Shown piece by piece: positions 12,404-25,007 of a stretch of 64,000 nt of DNA. Position numbers and translations under genes: made by a program. Source of the stretch: Lepidodermella squamata (taxonomy: Eukaryota; Animalia; Gastrotricha); contig JBLDXI010000015.1 in NCBI GenBank assembly GCA_047495785.1, forward strand, positions 1,178,001 through 1,242,000, written 5' to 3'. The notes under the pieces were generated by a model that saw nothing but the letters and a program-made list of their open reading frames with translations, searched no databases and was not told the origin of the DNA. Position 1 is the first letter of the stretch. Each line of letters starts with the position of its first letter.

Positions 12404-15400
12404 TCTGCCTATTTTACGATTTTTACCTTTTTTTTAAGCAAATATTGTTAGCGCTGTGCGGTAACATTATTTCAGCAAAATCGAGACACGAACGATTTTT
12501 CACCTGAATTCTGAATTTAAATTGATTTTTTCTTTCTTCCGTCAAATTTGATTTTATTTCGATCACTGCGAGTTACTAAACTCATGGAATGCCCCGCAGC
12601 CTATATTTCGTCTCGGAATGTTCGTTTCTTGCGAAGATTATAGGGTGGCCTGAAATCGACAATAATTGCACTGATTTTAACGCGAGAAATGTCTTGAAAA
12701 TCATATTTTGCTCCAATTTCCTTGGGCCTCGGGCCATTCGATAACCCAACAGACAAATCATGTGTTTTTTATAGTTCGCAAGTCCAAAATCGACTTTGTC
12801 CAAAACGTTATCCTATTTGTCCAAAATTACACCCGCGTTATACCTTATCTTAAATCAAACATGTTATTGTTGAATATTTTTAGCAGAGGAGACATGTTAA
12901 CCCAATCCTAAAATTGATTAATTAACCCAAAATTACCCTAAGCTAACTAACGTCCTGGAATGGCCGGAGGATGCAATGACCAATATGCGACATGAAACAT
13001 CAACCTGCCAACATTTGATTAAATTATATACAGGCGCTAATCAATTTGAATGAGTTGTCTGACAACTTTTAGGTCCATCCTAAAATTTCATCAATTTTCT
13101 GTCAACGCGCGACATATTTGTCAGTGCATAGAATTTCGGGTACTTTTTGTTCTATTATCCCATTCTCCTATTTTCTACCTCGAACGTATCTCATCATCAT
13201 CATCAATAATATATAGGCGAAACACTTTATATATTATAGGAAAAATAAACCTAGGAATATAACCTGAATGATGATAATAACAAGGCGAAAAATAATAATA
13301 ATAGACGGCCTAAAATGCGCTTGGTGTGTATTTATTTTTCGATTGCTGTATATAAGCAAAAGCTCTTCGTTATAGCAATAAACGATAACATCGCGTTTGT
13401 ATATATTAATTTTAAAACTAAGAGGCGATAACTACAAATAAACGCAGGCGAGGAAAAATTTGTTTGGGTTACTTACGATCTATCGATGTGTTAAATAGTC
13501 GCGAATCTTTCGCCTCGCAGTTATCATAATAATAACAAATACAAGCGGGCCCCGTTATACAATAAGCAAGAGCGCGCGCAATCTATTAAGCGCGAAAATA
13601 TTTGTTTGATTTTTACATGATATATACAAACAAAAACGACGGCTAATATTGTTGGTATTAAATAGTTTTTGTTATGGTTAAATATGGCTACTTTCTTATA
13701 TATAATACACAAACGGTAAGCTATTTTCGAATAATATATATGCGCAAGCGTGTTTATTTTATTTTTCGCGCGCCGATTTTTTAGCGCGCTCGCGAAAGAG
13801 AAACAAAAACGCCTCCTTAAAATGTAAACAATAACATTATGTAAACTTTTCGAAATACTCACCCTATATTTCCGCGCCCAGCCTACATTCCTAATTATTT
13901 CAGCCAGCCACTGCGACGGTCCGAGGATTCGAAATCACTCAACCGTGGCACAGACATGGTGTTGGCATATCGCCATACCGTTTATCGCATCCGCCGCGGG
14001 ATTAGGGTCCCGAAGCGACGCAGGTAATGCGGCTAATTTATTTGTAAAAATTTAACCCATAACTTGATTGCAAACAACTCAGCTAGGCCAGCTGTAATTA
14101 AATTAGCCTTGCATGTATAGATAATGCTATTGATAGGTCGGTTGTATTAGGATTGTGTTAGGGTCTCTTTTATCTCGTCTCAATAGAACGCATCACTTAG
14201 TATAAAAAAATTATTAGAATTTAGCGCTTTTGAACATAGTTAGGAATACAGATTTTAGGACATTCAAAATTGCAGCTACTATATTTTGCAATTGTATAGG
14301 CCACATTTCAGAAAGAATCGTGAGAAAACATATTATCTATTAAATTGGAGGGTATCCCAAGCTTAGCCCTAGATCTGTGAACGTGCGTTCGAAGTTTGTT
14401 TTCCCTTGCATAGGAAAAATACTCTCTTAGAAAAGCTAGGTTATATGACCACAGACTCGCCCTTCTTTTTCAATTAAATGTGAAAAGTTGGCACGGAACT
14501 CTGTTGTGTGCAAATTTTAGGTAAATATGCCGTAATTTTTTGTTTTAGGGAACGCGATTAACCTCAAATAATCAAATAAATTTCTCGCTCAATCTCCAGC
14601 ACTTGTACAGGGCTCTAGGTTCCTCCGTTTACGATAACTATTCTTGATTATTCCTTGATAAATCAAGAATCCTAATACATTTGGACTAATATTATTATAC
14701 CGCTCTTAATCTGGGTTGGAGCTATTTCGGAGTTATATCGATATTATATCGATTTAAATCTAGTTTCAAAAGTGGGCTTTTCGAGAGGTTCGAGAGACGT
14801 TTCATCCGTCAATCAAAAATTTCGGGTTTTTTCCAACTCTCTAGCAAGAATTAAGCTCCAAGAAGGCTCGGTGGTGTGTTTCTCTGTCAATGGATAGAAA
14901 ACTAAGGAGTAAGGAGTAAGGAAACTGACTTAAACTTGAGCCAATCTAAGCTGAGGAAAATTCGGGATATTCGAGGTCAATTTGTGCCGAATAATATTAA
15001 CCACATCTCGGTTTTCCGGTCGGACGATTTAGTTTTCGTTGAATTTTGGGTTAGGATTAAGGGTGGCTTATTAGCATTAGGGTTAGGGATGTATCTTTCA
15101 TGTTTAAATTTAAATATTTCTCACCATTGAAGCTCATCTCAATCTCAAATCTCAATCTTTCCTTTCCTTAGTAGCCTAAATTTTGTAAAATTTTGTTCCG
15201 ATTTGCTTGATATTTTCGATTCGCTTATCTTTTTACAGAATCTGCCTTTCCGCTTGTTTTCCGCAAACAAAGATTGTGATGACTGCGTTCGTTAACTTCC
15301 TTCCTCTCGCCATGGTGTCAAATCGCGGGGTGATCAACAGGTTAACTCGGTTAAACTGATAACTATGTCATATTGCTTGTCCGGAATGTTATTTTTCTGT

Positions 15401-15922
15401 GACAATTACGCAAAACTAGAAAGCGTACCCCTTTGGCACGCGCTAATGTGTCCAAAAGGGTTACGGAAAATTAGCACCGGTCGTCTGATCATGATTCACG
15501 CGTCATCAGGGCGATTTTCAAGTTGAACTGTAATAAAAGTACCACATTCTTCATAACATAAACAAAGATATAATCGGGAGTGACAGCGGTTTTTTGGCAA
15601 TAAAACGCATGGAAAAATTGCACAGCCCTAGTTATAAGAAATTTGATTAACCTTGCGCGTAGTAATATGGCCGGTTTGTTTGTGCGTGCGATAATTTGTT
15701 TCGGCGCGCAAAAAGACGCGCGTTTCCTGGCGCGACTGCGCGTAAGTGCTAGTGAAATATTAGGAGGAGGCGCCACGCGGCTCGGCTCGCTGTCCCGGCA
15801 TTTTAAATGACAGGTTACATAGCGTTATAATCTAATCACTCGTGTTTGCATCGCAATATAACAACAAATTGAGTTTAGTGCCCACAAGTGAATAAGCATG
15901 ATAAGTCGATACTCGCCAAGGT

Positions 15923-18077
15923 ATGATGATGTCACCTGCAATTTTTCATAATTACCTGTCCATGCGTGTATCTAGTTTTGATTTTGATAATTCATCGTTA
16001 ATTACCGAGCCATCGCCCTACTTAAGCCCATCGCCTGGCATGAGTTTGGGCAGTGCGATCATTTTCCCGCCAGCAGCGCATTTTGGCCTCAATCGAACGT
16101 CGAAAAGCAGTATGCAGCCTAACCCGAGTTTAACGCTACATGGCGACGAGGAGGACGACTTCAGTATGTCCAGCGAAGATTTCCCGCCCCGAACCTCGCA
16201 ACAGCCGTCAACAAGCGGCGAGATCCCGCAGGAAGATTCGAATCCAACCAACCAAACCCAACAGCAAGAGGGTGACCACAAACCGCCGTATTCCTACGTC
16301 GCGTTAATCGCGATGGCCATTCGTTCTGTCCCGGAGAAGAGACTCACCCTGGCGAATATCTACAAATACATCACCGACAACTTCCCGTTCTACCAGAAGC
16401 ATAAGAAAGGCTGGCAGAACTCGATACGGCACAATCTGTCGCTGAACGAGTGTTTCATTAAAATTCCGAAGGAGGGCGGCGATCGTAAGGGGAATTTTTG
16501 GGCCCTGGACCCAGCTTACGAGCCGTTGTTCGAAAACGGAGCCTACCGCCGCAGGAGGCGGGTGAAACGCCAAACTACCCACCATAGCCACCATTCTCAC
16601 CATGCTAGAGGTCATTCGAGCTCTGTAGCTCACTCTACGTCTTCAAGCGTCGCGGCAGCTGCAGCTGCTGCCCAGGCTTATTCTTTGATGTATTCGCAAC
16701 TTTTGGTTGGAGGGGCGGCCGGGACCGGTCAAACGTTCAAACCCCGCCAGTACTACGCAACTGGCGATCCTCAAACTGCTTACGCGCAAAATCCGCTTCT
16801 AGTCGATCAGCAATCGCTTTATCAAAGTTCGTCGGGGTATCAAGGTCAAAATCAGTACCAGCAATTGATTGCTGGCCTAACGGCTGTTCCGAATGTTAGG
16901 GCTGGCGTTCCTACGGTTGGGCATTCATCTGCGGCTTCTAACCCTTGGATGACAAACTTGGCAGCTGCTTTGTACTCAACAACGAACCCGGCAGGAAATA
17001 TGGCCGTTCCTAAACCAGCTATGGCTATGGTCGACAGTTCTATGGTCGGGGCATCTAACAATTCATTTCCAGGTAAGGAATCAATCCTTATTCTTCATGA
17101 TTCATCATCCAAACCGAGTTCGAGTTCAAAATGTTTATAGAACGTTTAGATGGAAACTCAATTAAGACACGCCGCATGAAAAGGTCCTATTAATTTATGT
17201 TGCGTCACACGTTCAAATCTATAGCTTGGATAAGGATATACTCAATTAATGAAGTGTCGCTAAGAAAACAGGACAAGCTTGTATCTTCGATTCGCATAGA
17301 TGATTACAAAACGAGATACTCTAAATTTAATTGTCTCGTCTTGTCATATCAGTGATAAATGATAAAGGTTAGATTCCGGGGTCTGAATCAACAATTAACC
17401 AGAATTTCAGGACAAATGTGCACCTTGTCCGGTTTGGAAAACAATTGGGACTAGGATGAAGTTTGCCCCTAGGCCCTAGGTCACCCTAATAGGACAACCC
17501 TATAACCGCAATATGCTCATTTAACTTGAAATCAATATATCCCATGATATGAAGCTTTCCTGGTGTTCACTCTTCCTAATTGAAGATGCCCAGTGGTTCG
17601 AAACTTCTACAGCTCTCTAAAGCTTGGGACCCTCAAATGTAGCCTTAGTCCTTAGCTCTTAGTCCTATTACCTTAACGGCTTTGAATATCTGTTGTTCTC
17701 TTGTAATAGAGTTTGGCAGCCAATACAGCTCGGCCCTTCGAAGGCTCTACTCCGAATCGCTGTTGAACAGTAGTGGAGCAGGCAGCAGCTCTGTCGACCC
17801 AAACCATGGCCTAATTCAAAGCAGCAGCTATCTATACCCGGACGCGTCTGCCTCATCTGCAGCAGGAACTACTTACGCGCTGTCCTACCCGGCCGCCGCC
17901 GTCGCCGCCGCTCCGAACCAGACGCTAGTAGGAGGCCTGCTGTCTAGCGACGCGGCGGCGCCTTTCGTGGCCTCGACGCTCTTCAAAGCGATACCGGGAG
18001 CCGGAAATCCGACCGGCGACGGCGCGCCGATGCGGCACGGCAACAATAACAGCACGCAACCGCAATCAGATGCTTGA
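15923..18077 (+). CDS. foxl2: Forkhead box L2 transcription factor. Exons 15923-17072 and 17710-18077 (about 505 aa; exact start Met uncertain)
   Basis: The forkhead domain [15 protein letters not shown]...[37 protein letters not shown]...YRRRRRVKR carries the FoxL2-typical [16 protein letters not shown] and EGG-RKGN residues. A phase-1 intron (CAG|GTAAGG...TAATAG) joins in frame to ORF 17682. Confidence 0.92.
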
Positions 18078-20027
18078 ACCGGACGTCTGGACGCCTATTG
18101 CCCAACCTTGCTGCTGACATCAACTGCAGAAAATAATCTGACACATTTTTTATCATTTGATACTTCTGAAATTCGATCCTGATGAACACAAATCCTTTCC
18201 TTTTTACCTTGAAATTTTGTTGTATATTATATTATAGACGATCTCTCCCGCTTATTTTTTAGTACTGATCTCAATCGTATTTTCCTCCTACTGTTTTTAA
18301 TTACCACGCTTTCGATAATTAGCATCATTTTTAATTAGCTGATGAACTGGAGATGTAAACAAAATGCGTCCTTGACGAATAAAAATAAGTCAAAAATTGT
18401 GTTTTTCCGAGTTACTTAATTGTTCCGAACGTGACTGCTAATTAGTGCAGCACCGTAAGCAATCATTAAATAAGTGCGACAGTAAGTGAGAAAATTGATA
18501 CGCATCGACGAAATTAAAAACCGGGATTCAGACGAATTTGGGCAAATTAGTTGAAGATCGCAGGTGATGGCAATGAACAGTGGCAGGGGACGGCGCTCAT
18601 CGGACTATAAGGAGCTATTCAGTTTTATGAAATGAGGTACCTCCATGCTAACTTAATTAGGTCGAGGACACATTGCCAATCGTGCCCAAGTGACGAAGCT
18701 TGGAAATGAGGGCATGACGCATAGTCATGGCAACCGTCGCTAAGGATTTTTTCCAGTCGTCAAAATGGGACAATTGAGAGTGATTTCTCCCATTCCTGTC
18801 AAGATGTTCAAATTTATTTGCCTCCAAAAAGCTGAAAGATCGATTGATTTCTCACACCCCCATCAGTCATTTCGTGAGTTAAAACGAGCAGCGGAATCAA
18901 TTGGCTAATCTAATCCATCTGACAGGCCGCATTGCCTCGAGCGTTGGACCGTACTACAACTGTCGATGACGGATCCAAGTAGCAAAATTATTTTAAAAAG
19001 CCATAAGATGACGATATTTTATTGCCTTGGTTCGCACCCGTGATGCGAGTTATCGCTATCTCATCATTGGCTGAATCACAAGTTGAGCATGCATCGTAAT
19101 ATAGTTTGAACTTACAAAGATGCGCTGATAACACTTGACTACTACAAGGTGAGTTTATTGACCATCATAGCGTACACACGAGAAAAATAACACACTTTTA
19201 TTACAGGTGATCATAGCGCATGTTAAGTGTAGAATTGAGATTAAGTCATCGGCATGCCGCCAAAAGCGAGTGCATCTAGAAAGCTCGTCGAACTTTTTCA
19301 AAGAATTAAAGCTTCTTATTAGCTTTCTCTGATAACGCTATCCTCAAATTTTTATTGGCATAATTTTTCGAGATAAGGCGATTTATGGGGACCGAACGGT
19401 TAAATTTTGTAATCGAGCATTCATTTTGAACTTCAGTTCTTGATAAACAATAAAAAAGTAAAATGGTGATATTTTCCAGCTTTAAACTCCAGAGCACACA
19501 CGTGTCATGAATCATGAATAAGCCGATAAAAACTATAGTAAATAAGTCCTAGAATTCCTATGTAAAAGGCACGGTAATATGCATATATCGAATGTTTACT
19601 TAGCGTTATTTTCACATGTTGTAATGATTTTAAATCTTGCAATTCACTTGCAATTCACAAATGCATGGTTGCAAATTATTATGTTTCAGGTTCAATCCTG
19701 ATTCTATTTTAAGGGCTTCTCAAGAGTTACAATAGCTTTTTTCTACGCGTTACTCAAAGTTCGAATGAACTCAGGGGCATTTTTACCTGGCCACTTTTTC
19801 GGCCATTGTACTCATTCAAGTATGTGATATATCATATTTTGGTATAAAACGACCCCATGACAATTACCCACGCATAAATAATGCCAACGCTCCGGGGTGT
19901 TCTTACTGCGGTTTCTGAAACGAGGGTGAATTTGCATGAATGATGCGCTCGGCTTGCCACCCGAAAGAAAATGCCCCACTCTGTATCGTAGCCAAATACA
20001 TTTTGTGATTTTGCATGATTTTATGCC

Positions 20028-21483
20028 ATGAATAGGGCAATGCAGAACTTGAGTTATCAGTTGGAGGCAGAATTTTACACGGTTTTATCCAACTGCCGGG
20101 CTGCAAATGCTACTGGCGTCCAGTCGGAGGAAGACACTTTTCATCAATGGCTGAATTGGACCATTTTCCTTGTTGAAAACGATTTCAGTCCCAACAAAGC
20201 CTTCCCGGTCAAATGCAACAAGCTGATCAAAGGATGCGCCTTCAATAAGGCGATCAACTGTATTACGGCTTTCATGAACATTTGGGATGCATTCGTGATT
20301 TACCTTCCTTTTGGTATTCTTCTTGCTATAATGGCTCTATTTCTCAACACATTCGCAATATTCTTGATGGCAAGAGTGAAGCCGACTAAGCCGGTTTGTA
20401 TTTTCTGTAATTAATCCTAGTAAAAATGAATTTTTCTGCTATTTTAGCGCCATTTAATAGCAATAAGCATGGCGATTTCCGATGCAATTCTGGGAACGAT
20501 CACTTTCATCCAAAGATGTCGAGATTTCGTAACAGTTGACTTCCTCCAGGCGAAATGGGTTTATTTCTCCCTAAAAACCATTGTGACAGTAAGTTTGACT
20601 AATTCCTCAAATAACGAGCTAAATCCGCTTTTCCAGGCAACATGGCTGGTTTCGATTTTCAGCCTACTTCTTCTTAGTATCGACTGCTTTGTGGCATCAC
20701 GATTCGTGTTCCGCTACGTCAAACCATCGACTGTCACTGCAACTAGAGTCGCTATAATTGTAATGTGGCTCTTAGCAACAGGATTCTCAGTGGCTATTAA
20801 CGTGATTTACGACCTTAACTTCGCGAGTCTAGCGTTGATTCTAGCTATCCTCCTCGCGATCATCCTATTGACAGTTGGAGCGTTCTCGTTGGATACATTC
20901 TTGCTAACGGAACAAATGCGAATAGCTGGCAGGCGTTTGTCGTCTATGACCCCAAATCAGTTCAAGAAATCAGAAAAGTTCGTCAGGAATTTCCCTTGTT
21001 CTCTATATACCTTCTGATTTCACAGAGACAGCCGACGAAAAACGCTAGTAACAATAGCAATTTTAGTTGGAACGTCTTACTTCTGCTGGATGCCGTTTCT
21101 AGCCTTCTACTTTATCAAAGGTTACGTGAAAAATTTGGACTTTAACACAGTATACCTCCTGTAAGTTCGCAAATCAAATTTCCATTCTTCCTAATTTCAG
21201 CAAATTTCACAGGGGAATTTTGTGCGTCGTACTATGTAGTCAACTTAACGCAGTTTTGAACCCTGTCGTTTACACTTTACGTTTCATGGATGCAAGAGCC
21301 CAGTTGCGCCGTGATGCCTTGCGAAATCGATGGCTGAAACCACTAGCCAAGATCCTAGCTCGACCTAACGATCGCCGTTTCAGCAGCATGTCAGTATCAG
21401 AAATTTCTTCTCAGCCTAGTCGAAAAATCAGCTCGGTTAATCAACCTGAGCATTCAACAACAACGCGCAGACTATTGGACTAA
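20028..21483 (+). CDS. Class A GPCR, DCF family copy 3. Exons 20028(or 20040)-20393, 20448-20588, 20637-20977, 21026-21160, 21213-21483
   Basis: TM1 IYLPFG...FLN, TM2 SMAISD, TM3 LSIDCFVASRF, TM6 YFCWMPF, TM7 NAVLNPVVY. Four GT-AG introns of 48-54 bp, three of them shared with copy 2. Confidence 0.88.
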
Positions 21484-21676
21484 TTAATGCATGGTATATG
21501 ATACCGCCAAAAAATTACCGGTTGATAACAATAAATTTTCTTTACGTCACGCAAAATCGATTGAAAGCAAACGTACTTCTCATAAATTTTTTAATACCTC
21601 GATCGATAAATATCGTTTGATTCTCACACTTACTCACTGCAACGAAAGTACGTACATTTTTTTCATTCGACTCGAA

Positions 21677-22720
21677 ATGGGTGCTAGTTTAGCGAAGAAA
21701 CGCGCTAAAGAGCGCCATCAAGCTACGTTCGACCTTCAAAACGCTGTGTCTCATCTTTCAGCGACAAAAGTTCGCCTTGCCCTTGCCAAGGGGGGCGATG
21801 TTAATCACAAACCCTTAACTCCAAGCGGGAGAACTGCACTGGGTTGTGTTCTCAGAGAAGCGAGGCTTTCAAACAATGATAAAGTAAGGATCGATTTGGC
21901 TTGTTACATTGCTGAGATTCTACTTGAAAACGGGGCTGATCCTAACCTACTGGCCTTTGACCCCGATCAGCCGCCTAGAAATCGCTGCTACGCTGTTCCG
22001 CCCTTGGTCTACGCAGCTGGGGTGATTTTCCCGAATCATAAAGGCAGATTGCTTCAAGTCATGATGCAACATGGCGCTAAAATCGATGCAGCCTGTCCTG
22101 TTCCTACAGGTCTTCTACAACACCACACCCCTTTAATGCGAGCAGCTTACTGCGGATCCAAGGTAAACGTTTCGACCCTGCTGAAATCTGGAGCAGACGC
22201 GTTTCTCCCAACAACTGACCCTGAAACTAATCGCTTGACTACGGCATTAGCTGAGGCCTTCAAGTTGCTGAGATGTGGCTCGACTATCAGCTTACTCGCC
22301 AGAGAATACATGAAAGTTGGTTGGTTCTACCTGGAATCTTGGGAAATTGATTCCTTATTCATCAGCACGTCAATTCTACCACGGCGAATCCAAACAATTC
22401 AAGTTATGGTCAAATGGGGGTTCGTTTTTGGAAAAGATTCTGATCCTGTGATATCTCGCTTCTTCAATCAACTCGGTGAAGATGATAGGAAATCCTTACT
22501 AGAATTCATAGTTGTTGCGAGAGAATCGTCCTCGTCTTTCACAAATTCCGGTGAGGAAGCAATCGATCCTCGCCTCTCCAATATTTTTCCACTTTCGCTG
22601 CAATCGATTTGCAGAGTTGCTATTTTGAAGCGGCTACCACGTGGGCGGAAAGTGAGAAACACAGCTATCAACAAGTTGACTCTACCTCATCCCTTGTTAC
22701 AGTACTTGATGTTTCTGTAA
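21677..22720 (+). CDS. Ankyrin repeat and SOCS box protein (ASB-like), copy 1, intronless, 347 aa
   Basis: Ankyrin motifs (GRTAL, LLENGADPN, HTPLMRAA...LLKSGAD) and a C-terminal SOCS box PLSLQSICRVAI...INKLTLPHPLLQYL. ATG 21677 (MGASL) was chosen by alignment with copy 2. Confidence 0.88.
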   Translation: MGASLAKKRAKERHQATFDLQNAVSHLSATKVRLALAKGGDVNHKPLTPSGRTALGCVLREARLSNNDKVRIDLACYIAEILLENGADPNLLAFDPDQPPRNRCYAVPPLVYAAGVIFPNHKGRLLQVMMQHGAKIDAACPVPTGLLQHHTPLMRAAYCGSKVNVSTLLKSGADAFLPTTDPETNRLTTALAEAFKLLRCGSTISLLAREYMKVGWFYLESWEIDSLFISTSILPRRIQTIQVMVKWGFVFGKDSDPVISRFFNQLGEDDRKSLLEFIVVARESSSSFTNSGEEAIDPRLSNIFPLSLQSICRVAILKRLPRGRKVRNTAINKLTLPHPLLQYLMFL

Positions 22721-22739
22721 TGAACCGAGTAAAATTGTT

Positions 22740-23050
22740 GTTTTATTCATTAATTCATCCTAGACATTTCTATCACAATCAAAACCGAAATCACATCTCA
22801 AAGTAGACAGGATGACTAAATCCCAAACCTGCCCTCGAGATCTAATAGCTTGTGTGCTTGCTCAACGTAGATTAATCGCCAGCACTCGTCCCACTGGACT
22901 CCCGGGCTTCTAGCTGTCATTGAAGCCGTCTGATGCTGTCGAGAGGTGACGTTCGGTATACCCGTCAGATCAAGTGCATTCCTTTAGTGACGCGACACTT
23001 GAAGTCGTCTGGCTTGATGGTTATCTTATTGTATAAATTGAAATTGAAAA
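22740..23050 (-). pseudogene. Decayed 3' remnant of an SGNH-hydrolase gene
   Basis: The sequence after the ASB1 stop aligns with the sequence after the ASB2 stop, which is the coding 3' end of SGNH copy 1 (ACAATCAAAA...AAATCACA...AAAGTA-ACAGG). The minus strand reads PVYFEM* here versus PVYFQAVIFIFDC. Confidence 0.55.
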
Positions 23051-23946
23051 CGCTTCCCGGGCTAAAATATTTGAGTGAATTTTGCGCATTCAAGCCATGG
23101 AAAAAGTCATCGTTTGCTTGTGGAAATGAAGCTGATGGATGAAGGTTCGAGAAGCGAACTATAACTTATTTCCCCCAAGTCCAGCCTGAAACACCAGCAA
23201 GAGAACATTTCGCTGCTGAAATGCGACACTGGGAATAGCTGTTCGAGTTTGACTTGAGAGGAATTGAGAATTACGATTATTTTAGTTTCCGCCCCTTGTC
23301 TCATTTTCACCCGTAATTTAGACTGAAGTGACACGAACCGGCAGTGTAAACAGATGGCAACCGCCGTGATAAGCAGAGTCGCAGTCCCATGAGTCGGTCG
23401 AGACGAGTCGAGTCGATATCGCCAGCAACAAATAAACAATAAATCTCACTGATCTAGGGATGGAAGATCACAACAACTATTAAATTGTCAAAGGAGAAAC
23501 GAGATCCATGAGGTCCGCGGCTCGTTCCACGGTATCATGGATCTTAGTCAGTTGAAAGTTTGCGTTATTTTGCACAGGTTTATATTTAGGAATCCATATC
23601 ATGATTGGTTGGGAGTTTTTTAGGTGCTCAGGTGAGCCTTGGCGGCAATGAGCGTTAGCTACTTGAGAAACCTGAAAAGCCCGCGTAAATGTTTACCTTG
23701 TTTGCATTGAACTTGGTATTGGTCTCTCGCCTTTTTCCACTGTGAAAGCTCTGTGATTAATGAATGGTATATATAATACCGCCAAAAATACCGATTCACA
23801 GCAACAAGTTTCTCTGCGTCACGTAAAATCGATTAAAAGCAAACCTGTACTGCTCATGAATTATTAATCTATGAGTCATTTTGGTCTCGCACTTACATAC
23901 TTCCTGTGTGCCGACAATACGTAATTTCTTTTTCATTCAGCCCGAA

Positions 23947-24987
23947 ATGGGAGCTATTTCATCAACGAGACGAACCAGAGAACGCCTTCAAGCAACGTTC
24001 GACCTTGAAGTCGCCGCGTCCCATCTCTCCGTGACTAAAATTCGCCTGGCTCTTGCTAAGGGGGCTGATGTTAATCGCAAACCCCAACCTAGCGGAAGAA
24101 CTGCCCTGGGCTACGTTCTTAAAGAGGCGAGGATTTCCAACAAAGATAAAGTGACGGTAGACTTGGCTTATTCCATTGCTGAGATGATATTTGAAAATGG
24201 GGCTGATCCTAACGTGATGGCCTATCACCCAGATTACCCGCCAAGAAATCATTGCTACGCTGTTCCACCCTTGGTCTACATCGCTGGCGTCCATTTCCCG
24301 TATCACGGAGGGAAGTTTCTCCAAATTATGATTCGACATGGCGCTAAAATCGATGCAGCCTGTCCTGATCCAACAGGCCTATTACAACACCACACGCCTT
24401 TGATGCGGGCAGCTTACTGTGGCTGTAAGGTAAACGTTTCGGCCCTGCTGAAATCAGGAGCTGACGTCTTCTTCCCAACCATTGACCCTGAAACTAATCG
24501 CTTGACTACGGCATTAGCTGAAGCTTTCAAGTTGCTGAGGTGTGGCATGACTATCAGCTTACTGACAAAAGAATACATAAAAGTCGGCCGGTTCCAACTG
24601 GCAGCCTGTGAAATTGATACTTTATTCCTCAGCGCATCGAATGTCTCACAGCGGATATACGCAATTCAAGTTATGGTCAAATGGGGATTTGTTTTCGGCA
24701 CAGACTCTGATGCTGTGATATCTCGCTTCATCAATCACCTCGGTGAGGATGACGGGAAATCTTTACTAGAATTCGTTGTTGTTGCGAGAGAATCATCTTC
24801 GTCTTTCAAAATTACCGGCGAGGAAGCAATCGATGCTCATCCCTGCAATTTGTTTCCAATTTCCTTGCAATCTATGTGCAGAGTTACAATTTTGAACCAG
24901 CTACAACGTGGGTGGATTGTGAGGAACGCAGCTATCAACAAATTGACTCTGCCCCAACTGCTGTTGCAATACTTAATGTTTCAATAA
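23947..24987 (+). CDS. Ankyrin repeat and SOCS box protein (ASB-like), copy 2, intronless, 346 aa
   Basis: Collinear paralogue of 21677-22720 with SOCS box PISLQSMCRVTI...INKLTLPQLLLQYL. About 190 bp of upstream sequence is also duplicated. Confidence 0.88.
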   Translation: MGAISSTRRTRERLQATFDLEVAASHLSVTKIRLALAKGADVNRKPQPSGRTALGYVLKEARISNKDKVTVDLAYSIAEMIFENGADPNVMAYHPDYPPRNHCYAVPPLVYIAGVHFPYHGGKFLQIMIRHGAKIDAACPDPTGLLQHHTPLMRAAYCGCKVNVSALLKSGADVFFPTIDPETNRLTTALAEAFKLLRCGMTISLLTKEYIKVGRFQLAACEIDTLFLSASNVSQRIYAIQVMVKWGFVFGTDSDAVISRFINHLGEDDGKSLLEFVVVARESSSSFKITGEEAIDAHPCNLFPISLQSMCRVTILNQLQRGWIVRNAAINKLTLPQLLLQYLMFQ

Positions 24988-25007
24988 TACATCGGGTAAA
25001 AGGTTCT

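Noticed and set aside
15048-15090. TTAGGG-like motifs suggesting an interstitial telomere
   Set aside because: Only two perfect units amid degenerate sequence; too short to call.
7682-15776. Short ORFs in the FoxL2 upstream region
   Set aside because: They have no recognisable domains, their composition is that of AT-rich non-coding DNA, and several lie inside inverted repeats.
21491-21676. N-terminal extensions of the ASB ORFs (21491 and 23881 starts)
   Set aside because: The two copies agree at protein level only from about the MG start. The upstream DNA is homologous but has frame-breaking indels.
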